The notes beneath the pieces were generated by a model. It ran no database searches, was not told the DNA's origin, and saw nothing but the letters and a program-made list of their open reading frames with translations. Made by a program: the position numbers and the translations under genes. Below are positions 44,787-53,186 of a DNA stretch of 64,000 nt, in pieces (the stretch's first letter is position 1; each line of letters starts with the position of its first letter). The stretch spans positions 1,417,921-1,481,920 of the forward strand of contig CP060239.1 of NCBI GenBank assembly GCA_023898785.1. The letters are read 5' to 3'. The stretch comes from Rhodospirillales bacterium. Its GTDB lineage: Bacteria > Pseudomonadota > Alphaproteobacteria > Micavibrionales > Micavibrionaceae.

Positions 44787-46152
44787 TGCTTGCCTCGTCC
44801 TTATATTTTGGTTGTGATTTATCTATAAAGTCGTGGACTTTTTCCAGACGCGAGTCAATGTAGCCCGGTACTTTATCCATATTAGAGACGACAACTATGG
44901 CATAGAGACTGAAAAATATCAGCACAAAGAGCGTTGCTTTTCTTTTGCGACTCAACGGCTTTTTAAGAACGCGTTCGATGGTTTGCGTCAAAAAGTGGCC
45001 GCCATCCATATAGGGAAGCGGCAAAAGGTTTACCAAAGCAATTATGACGCAGGTCAATGCAAAGAGGTGCATGTATTTGTAAAATACATTGAGGGCGCGT
45101 GTATCTTCGTGCATCACTTCACTGGAATCTTTGAGCTTGTAAGGATCGATAGGCAATAATTGAAACGGTGTTCCTGCAACATTCTTGATCATTGTCGCGC
45201 TTTTGCGCAGTGCTTCTATGGCATATTCAAAGGCCGGGCGATCAAGATAGATATTGCCGCGCGTTTGGCCAAAAAACACGCGTTCATAGTCGTCATGATC
45301 GGGGTTATCGAGATTGACGTTCTGCGCGGTAGAGAGTATTACGCGGGCCGGTTTTTCTTTTCCATCAGGGCCTTCAAAGCCGACGATTATTTCCTTGCCC
45401 ATGTTTTTGAGCAGTAACCTGCGCGCTTTGTCTTCATCGTCTTCGGTGTTTTGCCCTTTGACGCTCATCACCGCACTGAGCTTAAGGGGAGAATGTTGCC
45501 AGGTGACACCGAAGCGGGCATTTTTGCGCTCAATGCCATCTTCGTCTTTATATTCCGTCCAGCCCGGCGTGAAAGGTATATCAAAAATTTTATCGCCGCG
45601 CTGGATCGTATAGATGCTTTGAACCGCGCCTTTGGAATAGGCAACGCGCCAGATGTCCTGAAAATTTGCGACGGGTTTCCCATCAACGGCGAGGAAACGA
45701 TCGCCGACCTGCATGCCGGCTTTATCAGCAGCCAGCCCCGGTTCAATACCGACCAAAACCGGCGGCGTTGAGGGTTGACCGACCAATATATAGAAAGCGA
45801 AAAACAGGAATGGCAGGATTGCAAGATTTGCCAAGGGGCCGGCGAGGATGGTTACGGTGCGTTGCCAAAAAGGCCGAGCGGCGAAAGAACCGCCCTCGGA
45901 CAGGCCCTCCAACCCTTGAAGATGCACATGAGCGCCGAGCGGCCAACGGCGAAACGACCAGCGTGTACCGTGGTGATCACCCCAATGTCTGAGGGTACGA
46001 CCGCGGCCAATGACAACGGAATCGACAGGCATTTTGAACAGGCGCGCGGCCCAGTAATGACCCAGTTCATGTAAGATCAATGCGATAAAAATCAGCAGCA
46101 AAAAAACCGGCGGGCCGATCAGATATTCGATTTTAAACCAGTCTTCTTCCAT
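44779..46152 (-). CDS. M50-family site-2 protease (RseP-like) with PDZ region
   Basis: HELGHYWAA (HExxH in the first TM), a PDZ-like segment (...GLAADKAGMQVGDRFLAVDG...), and a C-terminal NLLPLPYMDGGH motif. Overlaps the gcvH start by 8 nt. Confidence 0.8.
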   Translation of the reverse strand: MEEDWFKIEYLIGPPVFLLLIFIALILHELGHYWAARLFKMPVDSVVIGRGRTLRHWGDHHGTRWSFRRWPLGAHVHLQGLEGLSEGGSFAARPFWQRTVTILAGPLANLAILPFLFFAFYILVGQPSTPPVLVGIEPGLAADKAGMQVGDRFLAVDGKPVANFQDIWRVAYSKGAVQSIYTIQRGDKIFDIPFTPGWTEYKDEDGIERKNARFGVTWQHSPLKLSAVMSVKGQNTEDDEDKARRLLLKNMGKEIIVGFEGPDGKEKPARVILSTAQNVNLDNPDHDDYERVFFGQTRGNIYLDRPAFEYAIEALRKSATMIKNVAGTPFQLLPIDPYKLKDSSEVMHEDTRALNVFYKYMHLFALTCVIIALVNLLPLPYMDGGHFLTQTIERVLKKPLSRKRKATLFVLIFFSLYAIVVVSNMDKVPGYIDSRLEKVHDFIDKSQPKYKDEASNG

Positions 46153-46185
46153 TTTATTGTGTTTACTTTCCTGATGCTGGGCCCT

Positions 46186-47286
46186 TTAGGCTGCAGCCTT
46201 TTTCATTGATTTGGTTTTGGCCGGAACGAAGGGCAGTTTGGCCACGACAGCCGCAATATTTCGCCCACGTACATTGATGAATATTTTTTGACCAACATTG
46301 GCCAAGTCACTGTTTATATACCCCATTCCGATTGATTCTTTGAGTGTGGGGGAATGACCGCCGGAAGTTAGAACACCGATAACTTCATCGGCTTCATCCC
46401 GGATTTCAGCCCCTTCACGGGCAACGCCTTTATCGGTGAGTTTGATCCCGACGAGCTTGCGGGCAGTGCCCTGAGCCAATTCTTTTTGGATGCGATCATA
46501 GCCAAAATAGCCGCTGGCGTTTTTGCCTATCACCCAACTCAATCCTGCCTCAACAGGCGAGGTTTCGGCGGTTATTTCATGACCATAAAGCGCATAGCCC
46601 ATTTCCATACGCAGCGAATCGCGCGCGGCTAGGCCGATGGGTTTGACCGCATCGTGGGCGAGGAATTTTTCTGCCAGCGCTGCGGCGTCCGCGTTCGGCA
46701 CGGCTATCTCAAAACCATCTTCGCCCGTGTAACCGAGACGGCTAATAAACATCTTATGATCGTCTTTAGCCCATAGCCCCATATAGGGTAAATCTGACAG
46801 ATCCGTGCCCAGAATCTTGCAGATAACGCTTTCCGATTCGGGGCCTTGCAGGGCCAAAAGAGCCCAGTCATCGAAGTGGGTAAATTCGAGATTCGGGGTT
46901 AAATGCTGTTTCATCCAGGCGATGTCTTTGTCTTTGCATCCGGCATTGATGACAAAATGGAAAGCATTCTCGCCGGTTTTTGTGATCATCAGATCGTCGA
47001 TAATGCCGCCCTCCTCGTTTAGCAGCACGGTGTATTTGGTACGCATATTCCCAAGCTTTTCAAAAGATGAGGGGGTTAGTTTTTGGACAAACTCCAGTGC
47101 GTCTGCTCCTTGCACCATTGCCTGGCCCATGTGGGAAACGTCGAACAAACCGCAGGATTCACGCACCCACTCATGCTCTTTGATTACGCCTTCGCCGTAA
47201 TAAAGCGGCATATCATAACCTGCAAACTCCCCCATTTTAGCGCCCAGCTTCGTATGCAAATCATGTAAGGCGGTGTGTTTGAGCAT
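46186..47286 (-). CDS. gcvT: glycine cleavage system aminomethyltransferase T
   Basis: MLKHTALHDLH... with SD AGGAGA 6 nt upstream of the ATG at 47286. Typical GcvT throughout. Confidence 0.93.
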   Translation of the reverse strand: MLKHTALHDLHTKLGAKMGEFAGYDMPLYYGEGVIKEHEWVRESCGLFDVSHMGQAMVQGADALEFVQKLTPSSFEKLGNMRTKYTVLLNEEGGIIDDLMITKTGENAFHFVINAGCKDKDIAWMKQHLTPNLEFTHFDDWALLALQGPESESVICKILGTDLSDLPYMGLWAKDDHKMFISRLGYTGEDGFEIAVPNADAAALAEKFLAHDAVKPIGLAARDSLRMEMGYALYGHEITAETSPVEAGLSWVIGKNASGYFGYDRIQKELAQGTARKLVGIKLTDKGVAREGAEIRDEADEVIGVLTSGGHSPTLKESIGMGYINSDLANVGQKIFINVRGRNIAAVVAKLPFVPAKTKSMKKAAA

Positions 47287-47363
47287 GAGCGTTCTCCTGT
47301 TTATCTGTTCAGTACCAAACATTAATGTGATCGGCAGAATTGTAAAGTCATGCTATTTGGTTA

Positions 47364-48125
47364 TTAAAATGGACAAGTATCGGTGAAGGTGGTGAGCGTG
47401 CCGTCTTTGGGGTGGTGAAGCGTGATGCTTTCAGCATGGAGTTGGAGGCGGTCTGCGGCATTGAGTGCGCGTTCATGAGCATAAAAGCGATCACCCAGAA
47501 TGGGATGGCCCAGCGCCGCCATATGCACGCGGAGTTGGTGAGAACGGCCGGTGAGGGGCTTGAGTTCAACGCGGGATATTTTGAATATTTCGTCATTGCG
47601 AGAAGGGTCATCAGACCCGACGCGGCCATCCATACCGGGACATTCTGGATTGCTTCGCTGCGCTCGTAATAACGGAGAGGCGCTATGCTCGATTATCCGC
47701 CAGTCGGTTTGAGAAAGGCGCCCATGTTCGTGACAGACCATCTGTAGCGGGCGGTTTTCCCAATTGCAGCGCAGGGGAAGATCGACGCAGCCTTCGCGCT
47801 CCTCCGGCACGCCCCAAACGCGGGCGATATAGGTTTTTTGCACTTTTCGGCGTTCGAACTGTTTGCCGAGATTGGCCTGAGCAGCCTTATTCATCGCCAT
47901 AACGAATATGCCGGAAGTATCCATATCGAGGCGGTGGACCAGCAGGCTTCCGGGGAATTGTTCTTTGGCGCGTGTTTCAAGGCAATCGGCATGTTCCGGC
48001 GCTTTGCCCGGAACGCTGAGCAGCCCGGCGGGTTTAGAGAGCACCAGCACGTCTCCATCTTGATGGAGAATATTGAGCGCCTCTTGCGAGGGCGCGTAAA
48101 TGAAAGAGCTAGCTCGCAAAGACAA
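47364..48125 (-). CDS. RluA-family pseudouridine synthase carrying an in-frame repeat-derived insertion
   Basis: ...VLSKPAGLLSVPG...LVHRLDMDTSG...PLTGRSHQLRVHMAALGHPILGD... are RluA-family motifs. Only TTG starts are available (48125 or 48119). Confidence 0.85.
   Translation of the reverse strand: MSLRASSFIYAPSQEALNILHQDGDVLVLSKPAGLLSVPGKAPEHADCLETRAKEQFPGSLLVHRLDMDTSGIFVMAMNKAAQANLGKQFERRKVQKTYIARVWGVPEEREGCVDLPLRCNWENRPLQMVCHEHGRLSQTDWRIIEHSASPLLRAQRSNPECPGMDGRVGSDDPSRNDEIFKISRVELKPLTGRSHQLRVHMAALGHPILGDRFYAHERALNAADRLQLHAESITLHHPKDGTLTTFTDTCPF
47592..47673. repeat. second copy of the palindromic repeat element, embedded in frame in the RluA-like CDS
   Basis: GTCATTGCGAG... at 47592 and GGATTGCTTCGCTGCGCTCGTAATAAC at 47647-47673 match the arms of the 44325-44399 element. 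It translates as ...[11 protein letters not shown]...PSRNDE.... Confidence 0.7.
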
Positions 48126-48354
48126 CTTTCACGCCGCGCTTTTTGAAATAGCTTTGCATCATTTTCCGGCCTGCGCGGTTATTCTGACTTAAACGATCAG
48201 GCGCAAAGACCGCTTCCTTTTCACCAGCAGCGTTCATGGCAGCCTTGAGATTGGCTATATGCAGATCTATGTCCTCATTGTCGTTGGTCAGCGAGGTGTA
48301 AATGGCTTCTTTGGCCTGTTCGAGTGAAAGGGTTTCGACAAGGGGGGCGCTCAT
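48109..48354 (-). CDS. hypothetical small protein (81 aa), translationally coupled to the RluA-like gene
   Basis: SD AAGGA about 8 nt before the ATG. The 3' end overlaps the RluA-like TTG start. No family recognised. Confidence 0.45.
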   Translation of the reverse strand: MSAPLVETLSLEQAKEAIYTSLTNDNEDIDLHIANLKAAMNAAGEKEAVFAPDRLSQNNRAGRKMMQSYFKKRGVKVVFAS

Positions 48355-48403
48355 GCGTAATCATCCTTTATTTGTTCTTTCAAATGATTTATCAAACAGC
48401 GCT

Positions 48404-48529
48404 ATGAGCACGCAAGATAAAGATCTCGAAAAAGAAGATATTAAGCCGCTAACCGGAGTGCATATTGCGCCGAAGGGGCATGGAGCGGGATGCGCGTGCT
48501 GCATGCCGGAGGAAGAGAATGACCAATAA
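48404..48529 (+). CDS. possible small Cys-rich peptide (41 aa; alternative start at 48353 gives 58 aa)
   Basis: The ORF ends ...APKGHGAGCACCMPEEENDQ. AGGGGGG precedes the 48353 ATG. Below the usual size threshold and weakly supported. Confidence 0.2.
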   Translation: MSTQDKDLEKEDIKPLTGVHIAPKGHGAGCACCMPEEENDQ

Positions 48530-48538
48530 ACTCAAAGT

Positions 48539-49198
48539 CTATGCTACTAATGAGTAATCGGGGTCTTTATCTTTGTAGAGCTTATGCTCGGCAATGTAGG
48601 TTGCCAATTCTTCTGGAAGAACCCCAGGCGTACTTCCTGCGGCAAATTGCTGCCTGATTTCACTTGAAGATGTCAGTGTGCTTCGGCCTGTTGTTAGTAT
48701 GGGTGTTCTTAAAATATCTGATGCTTTTTCCAAACGTTTGCTAGCATTAATGACCACTCCCCAGTTTATTTTTTTACCCGCACTCACAACATTGCTCATT
48801 GCAGCAGCAATGTGGAGCATACGCGCGGCCCATAACAATCTTTTGGCAAAGTCTTCTCCACCCACAATATATAAATCGGTGTCCAGATTTTTTTCTGATA
48901 TGTCTTCAATTGTTCTTTTGTATGATTGTAACTGTCCAATCAGGCCGCTTCCGTGATCACGATACGCCGTTGAAACTTTAAGCCACTGAGAATGCGGCAT
49001 GGCTATAATCTTGCACATTTGAACTTTTTGATTAAATTCAGCCTGTAAGCTCCGTTTTGTCGTAGATTGTGTGATTGGCAACAACCAAATCTCAGAAAGT
49101 CTGTGTTGATCTCTGACTTTCTGTGCTGTATCAACGTGACCAGGATGAACTGGATTATAGGATCCCGGCATGATGCCTATCGACTTATTATCAGTCAT
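48539..49198 (-). CDS. nicotinate-nucleotide adenylyltransferase-like (NadD/cytidylyltransferase superfamily) protein
   Basis: N-terminal GSYNPVHPGH (the (H/T)xGH nucleotidyltransferase motif), ...IVGGEDFAKRLLW..., and a C-terminal ...TSSSEIRQ... (ISSTxIR-like). Divergent middle region and AT-richer than the surroundings. Confidence 0.6.
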   Translation of the reverse strand: MTDNKSIGIMPGSYNPVHPGHVDTAQKVRDQHRLSEIWLLPITQSTTKRSLQAEFNQKVQMCKIIAMPHSQWLKVSTAYRDHGSGLIGQLQSYKRTIEDISEKNLDTDLYIVGGEDFAKRLLWAARMLHIAAAMSNVVSAGKKINWGVVINASKRLEKASDILRTPILTTGRSTLTSSSEIRQQFAAGSTPGVLPEELATYIAEHKLYKDKDPDYSLVA

Positions 49199-49298
49199 GG
49201 CCTTAACTCAGGTTTTAAACGGTATTTTATTGTAGTATCGAGCTTGTAAAACCAAAAAGACAAAATGTCAATATTTTCATAATTTTATAGGTTTGTTT

Positions 49299-50354
49299 AT
49301 GAGCGCGATAATTCCCAAAATTGATGGACCTTTTTTAAAGGGCATGGGGATGGTGGTTATGCTGGCAGCCTGCGCGGGTGCTTTGACCGCCCTGCCTGTT
49401 CTTAAGACGCTGCATATCCACGGCCTGATCATCGCGATGGTCTTGGGCATGGTTTACGCGAATTCCGCTCGCAAATACATACCGGAGAGCTGGATCAGCG
49501 GGATTGATTATGCGGCGCGGCGGGTTTTGCGGCTGGCAATTGTGCTCTACGGGTTTCGCCTGACCTTTCAGGACATTGCAGCCATAGGCGTTTCCGGGGT
49601 TGTGATCAGCGCACTGATGGTGGGGCTGACCTTCCTGATTGGTTATGTGGTTGGGGTAAAGCTGCTCAAGATTGATAGGGAGGTTACTATTCTCACGGCT
49701 GCGGGGGCGGCGATTTGTGGCGCGGCGGCGGTGCTGGCGACCGAGGCTGTTATCAAAGCCAAGCCCTATAAGAGCATGGTCGCCGTGGCAACGGTTGTCA
49801 TCTTTGGAACTCTGGCTATGTTTTTGTATCCCGCCGCATACCGTCTTGAGCTAGTGCCCATGAATCTGGATGAAATGGGCGTGTATATTGGTGGATCGGT
49901 CCACGAAGTCGCCCATGTGGTCGCGGCCAGCGCAGCGGTGGATCCAGCCACTTCAGATGCGGCGGTGATTGTAAAAATGGTGCGGGTAATGATGCTGGCG
50001 CCATTCCTGATCTTGCTGGGTTTATGGTTCTGGCGCGGGGCCGAGAATATTGCACAAAAAAATGAGGAAGGGCAAAAGCCTGCTCTGATTCCATGGTTCG
50101 CAATATATTTTATTGCGGTGGCCGGATTTAACTCCTTGCATTTGTTGCCTGCGCAGATGGTCAGCAGCCTCATCAGCTTTGATACGTTTTTGCTGACCAT
50201 GGCGATGGGTGCGCTGGGCATGGAAACCAGCATTACGAAATTCAAAGGCGTAGGCCTTAAGCCCGTCTATCTGGCCTTGCTCCTATTCATCTGGCTGATT
50301 TTTGGCGGATTTTTTATTACCAAAATCGTCATGGGCGCGCTGGGTGGTATTTAG
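49299..50354 (+). CDS. YeiH/UPF0324-family integral membrane protein (putative exporter)
   Basis: About 10 hydrophobic segments, and length and pattern consistent with the UPF0324 family. ATG at 49299 (track start is TTG 49293). Confidence 0.55.
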   Translation: MSAIIPKIDGPFLKGMGMVVMLAACAGALTALPVLKTLHIHGLIIAMVLGMVYANSARKYIPESWISGIDYAARRVLRLAIVLYGFRLTFQDIAAIGVSGVVISALMVGLTFLIGYVVGVKLLKIDREVTILTAAGAAICGAAAVLATEAVIKAKPYKSMVAVATVVIFGTLAMFLYPAAYRLELVPMNLDEMGVYIGGSVHEVAHVVAASAAVDPATSDAAVIVKMVRVMMLAPFLILLGLWFWRGAENIAQKNEEGQKPALIPWFAIYFIAVAGFNSLHLLPAQMVSSLISFDTFLLTMAMGALGMETSITKFKGVGLKPVYLALLLFIWLIFGGFFITKIVMGALGGI

Positions 50355-50369
50355 ACACGATAGACTCTT

Positions 50370-50397
50370 TGCATTTACGCCATAGATATGTATAAAT
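50370..50397 (+). promoter_or_regulatory. putative sigma70 promoter for pdxS (TTGCAT, 16 nt spacer, TATAAA)
   Basis: Both hexamers were read directly, about 58 nt upstream of the pdxS ATG. Confidence 0.35.
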
Positions 50398-50454
50398 AGC
50401 GCTCTTTCGTAGATTTAAGTGCCGGAGCGCACACAATATAAGGATTGTATAGTC

Positions 50455-51354
50455 ATGGGCAAAACGAGCGGCTCTAACACCGTAATCAATATAAAGACCG
50501 GCCTGGCCGAGATGCTGAAAGGCGGCGTCATTATGGACGTTGTAACGGCAGAGCAAGCCAAGGTGGCCGAGGATGCTGGCGCGGTGGCTGTTATGGCTTT
50601 GGAACGCGTTCCTTCGGATATTCGCAAGGCTGGTGGCGTTGCGCGGATGAGTCCGCCGGAAGTTATCGAGCAGGTGATGGCGGCGGTGTCGATCCCCGTA
50701 ATGGCCAAGTGCCGGATCGGGCATTTTGCCGAAGCTCAAATTCTTGAGGCCATGGGCGTTGACTTTATCGACGAGAGCGAAGTTCTAACGCCTGCGGATG
50801 AGGAATATCATATCAACAAGCATGATTTTAAAGTGCCGTTTGTCTGTGGCGCGAAGGATCTGGGAGAAGCATGCCGCCGGATTGGCGAGGGTGCGGCGCT
50901 GATGCGCACCAAGGGTGAGCCGGGCACTGGCAATATTGTTGAAGCTGTGCGCCACATGCGCAAAATTAACGCGCAGATTTCCCGCGTGACCAACATGGAT
51001 GAATCTGAGCTGATGAGCTATGCGCGGGATCTGGGCGCGCCGTATGAAATTTTGAAAATGGTGCGGGCCGAAGGTAAATTACCGGTGCCGAACTTTGCGG
51101 CAGGCGGCGTAGCTACACCAGCAGATGCAGCGCTGTGTATGCAACTTGGCGCAGAAACCGTGTTTGTCGGTTCCGGGATTTTCAAATCCGATAACCCTGA
51201 AAAATTCGCGCGTGCCATCGTGAAAGCGACCGCGCATTTCGATGATCCGGCGGTTGTACTGGAAGCATCGAAAGAGCTGGAAGGTGTGGCAATGCGCGGC
51301 ACGGAAATTTCCGAGATTGAAGAGCCGATGAAAATGGCCAACAGAGGGTGGTAA
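50455..51354 (+). CDS. pdxS: pyridoxal 5'-phosphate synthase lyase subunit PdxS
   Basis: ...[42 protein letters not shown]... is canonical PdxS. SD AAGGAT precedes the ATG at 50455. Confidence 0.93.
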   Translation: MGKTSGSNTVINIKTGLAEMLKGGVIMDVVTAEQAKVAEDAGAVAVMALERVPSDIRKAGGVARMSPPEVIEQVMAAVSIPVMAKCRIGHFAEAQILEAMGVDFIDESEVLTPADEEYHINKHDFKVPFVCGAKDLGEACRRIGEGAALMRTKGEPGTGNIVEAVRHMRKINAQISRVTNMDESELMSYARDLGAPYEILKMVRAEGKLPVPNFAAGGVATPADAALCMQLGAETVFVGSGIFKSDNPEKFARAIVKATAHFDDPAVVLEASKELEGVAMRGTEISEIEEPMKMANRGW

Positions 51355-51360
51355 AGCGCT

Positions 51361-52227
51361 ATGAAAAGCGCCATCAAAAAGCTTTTGCCTCAGTCTGTTA
51401 TAAACGCAGCGCGTGCCTTACGCGATGGGCATGCTGTTAACACGCTGGCTCCGCTTAATTTTACGGCAGAAAATTTAAAACCTGCCAATAGCCTTGAGTT
51501 TTCATCCATTTGGGCAGACAAAGATATTGCCACATGCTGGCAAAAAGACTGCGACGAAATTTCCAGTGTATTTCCTGAAAGTGACAAATGGGGCGGCATT
51601 AATCCCGGTGATCGGCGTGCGCTTTATTATCTGATCAGCGCGTTAAAACCGCAAAATGTGCTGGAGGTTGGCACGCATATCGGGGCTTCCAGCGTCTATA
51701 TCGCCAAAGCGATGTCTCGCTATGCGCAAGAAGAAGCAAGCCTGACAACCGTGGATATTCTGGACGTTAACGACCCGCAAACAGGCGCTTGGGCCGGCCT
51801 AGGGATGGAGCGTTCTCCGCAGGGAAACCTGGAAGCGCTGGACTGCGGGGAATTGTGCAATTTTGTTGTCAATTCGGCGCAAGACTATATGGCGGCGCTA
51901 GCTGATGACGACGGAAAACGTTTTGATTTTATTTTCCTTGATGGCGATCATACGGCCAAGGGCGTTTATCATGAAATGGCGCTGGCGCTGAAAATTTTAA
52001 AGCCCGGCGGGGTGGTTTTGTTGCATGATTATTATCCGGGCGGGCAAGCCTTGTTTCAGGACGGCAATATAATATATGGGCCGTTCAAGGCTCTGGAGCG
52101 CATTCAAAAACAATCACCCCATGCGGTTGTTGAGCCATTGGGGGCGCTTGCCTGGCCGACGAAGCAAGGCTCAAACCAGACTTCTTTGGCGTTGGTGATG
52201 CAAAGCGCAGGGGAAGATAGTGAATAG
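51361..52227 (+). CDS. class I SAM-dependent methyltransferase (O-methyltransferase/Methyltransf_24-like)
   Basis: ...VLEVGTHIGASSVYIA... (motif I) and ...FDFIFLDGDH...GGVVLLHDY.... Starts 6 nt after the pdxS stop. Confidence 0.7.
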   Translation: MKSAIKKLLPQSVINAARALRDGHAVNTLAPLNFTAENLKPANSLEFSSIWADKDIATCWQKDCDEISSVFPESDKWGGINPGDRRALYYLISALKPQNVLEVGTHIGASSVYIAKAMSRYAQEEASLTTVDILDVNDPQTGAWAGLGMERSPQGNLEALDCGELCNFVVNSAQDYMAALADDDGKRFDFIFLDGDHTAKGVYHEMALALKILKPGGVVLLHDYYPGGQALFQDGNIIYGPFKALERIQKQSPHAVVEPLGALAWPTKQGSNQTSLALVMQSAGEDSE

Positions 52228-52305
52228 GGGCCAACAAAATATTGTTGACATAATATTTAACTTTGTTCGTATTGCCTCAAACTTATACGAGAAAAAGGAA
52301 GAACT

Positions 52306-52530
52306 ATGCCTACAAGCCCAAAAACAGATCAGTTTTCTGGTATTGAAAGAATTAAGGACGCTTTTTATGTTCACTGGACGCATGCAGTAGATGAAACAGG
52401 GGAAGGCTATCTGGAACCAGCAGGTATGTTTGAAGACCAAGCTCATAAAATGAGATCAAAAGGTCAAGAACTCCCAGCAGGGATGAAGAAGGCAGAGCAA
52501 GAACTTGATAGATATTACAGATATCTTTAA
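52306..52530 (+). CDS. hypothetical small protein (74 aa)
   Basis: SD AAGGAAG 5 nt before the ATG, followed by a clear terminator. No family recognised. Confidence 0.5.
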   Translation: MPTSPKTDQFSGIERIKDAFYVHWTHAVDETGEGYLEPAGMFEDQAHKMRSKGQELPAGMKKAEQELDRYYRYL

Positions 52531-52554
52531 GAAAAACCTTTTAGTTTAAGAATT

Positions 52555-52586
52555 AAATCCTCGCACTTGCGGGGATTTTTATTTTC
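52555..52586 (+). terminator. rho-independent terminator between ORF 52306-52530 and pdxT
   Basis: Stem AATCCTCGC/GCGGGGATT (one G-U pair), 4-nt loop, followed by TTTTTATTTT. Confidence 0.65.
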
Positions 52587-52601
52587 TGTATAAGGGCGTT
52601 C

Positions 52602-53186
52602 ATGATTCAACAAAAACCCATCATTGGTTGTCTGGCCCTGCAAGGGGCGGTGGAGTTGCACCGGCCACATATTGAGGCCTGCGGGGCGGAATTTCGCGCG
52701 GTTAAAACCCCGGCGCAGTTTGAAGAGGTGGATGGATTTATCCTGCCCGGCGGGGAAAGCACAACGATGCTCAAGCTGATTGAGCGGTTTGATCTGTGGG
52801 ACGTTTTGGCCGGGCAATTTGCGAAGAACCCGGTGTGGGGGATTTGCGCGGGATCAATTTTGATTGCCGAAAAAGTTGAAAATCCAAACCAGAAATCCTT
52901 TGGTCTGCTCCCCATCACGGTGCAGCGCAACGGCTATGGGCGGCAGATTGACAGCCATCACGCGGTCATTGAAGGGTATGAAGTTTCGTTGATCCGCGCG
53001 CCGGTGATTGCAGCCGTTGATGAGAGCGTGGAGGTTCTGGCCCGTCATGAAGATACACCGGTCTGGGTTAAACGCGGGCAATATATGGCCAGTACTTTTC
53101 ACCCGGAATTGACGCAGGATTTTCCTTCACCGATGCACCGCACGTTTGTGGAGATTGTCAGCAAGCAAATGCAGAAAGCAGCTTAA
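52602..53186 (+). CDS. pdxT: pyridoxal 5'-phosphate synthase glutaminase subunit PdxT
   Basis: ...IGCLALQGAVELH...GICAGSILIA... (class I glutamine amidotransferase Cys) ...FHPELT.... Confidence 0.92.
   Translation: MIQQKPIIGCLALQGAVELHRPHIEACGAEFRAVKTPAQFEEVDGFILPGGESTTMLKLIERFDLWDVLAGQFAKNPVWGICAGSILIAEKVENPNQKSFGLLPITVQRNGYGRQIDSHHAVIEGYEVSLIRAPVIAAVDESVEVLARHEDTPVWVKRGQYMASTFHPELTQDFPSPMHRTFVEIVSKQMQKAA

Noticed and set aside
48440-48520. Glycine-riboswitch-like core GCGCCGAAGGGGCA preceded by CCGGAG on the plus strand
   Set aside because: The orientation is opposite to the gcv operon, no plus-strand gene lies downstream, and the second conserved block (CUCAGGCAAAAGGAC-like) is missing. 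Probably coincidental, but a covariance-model scan would settle it.
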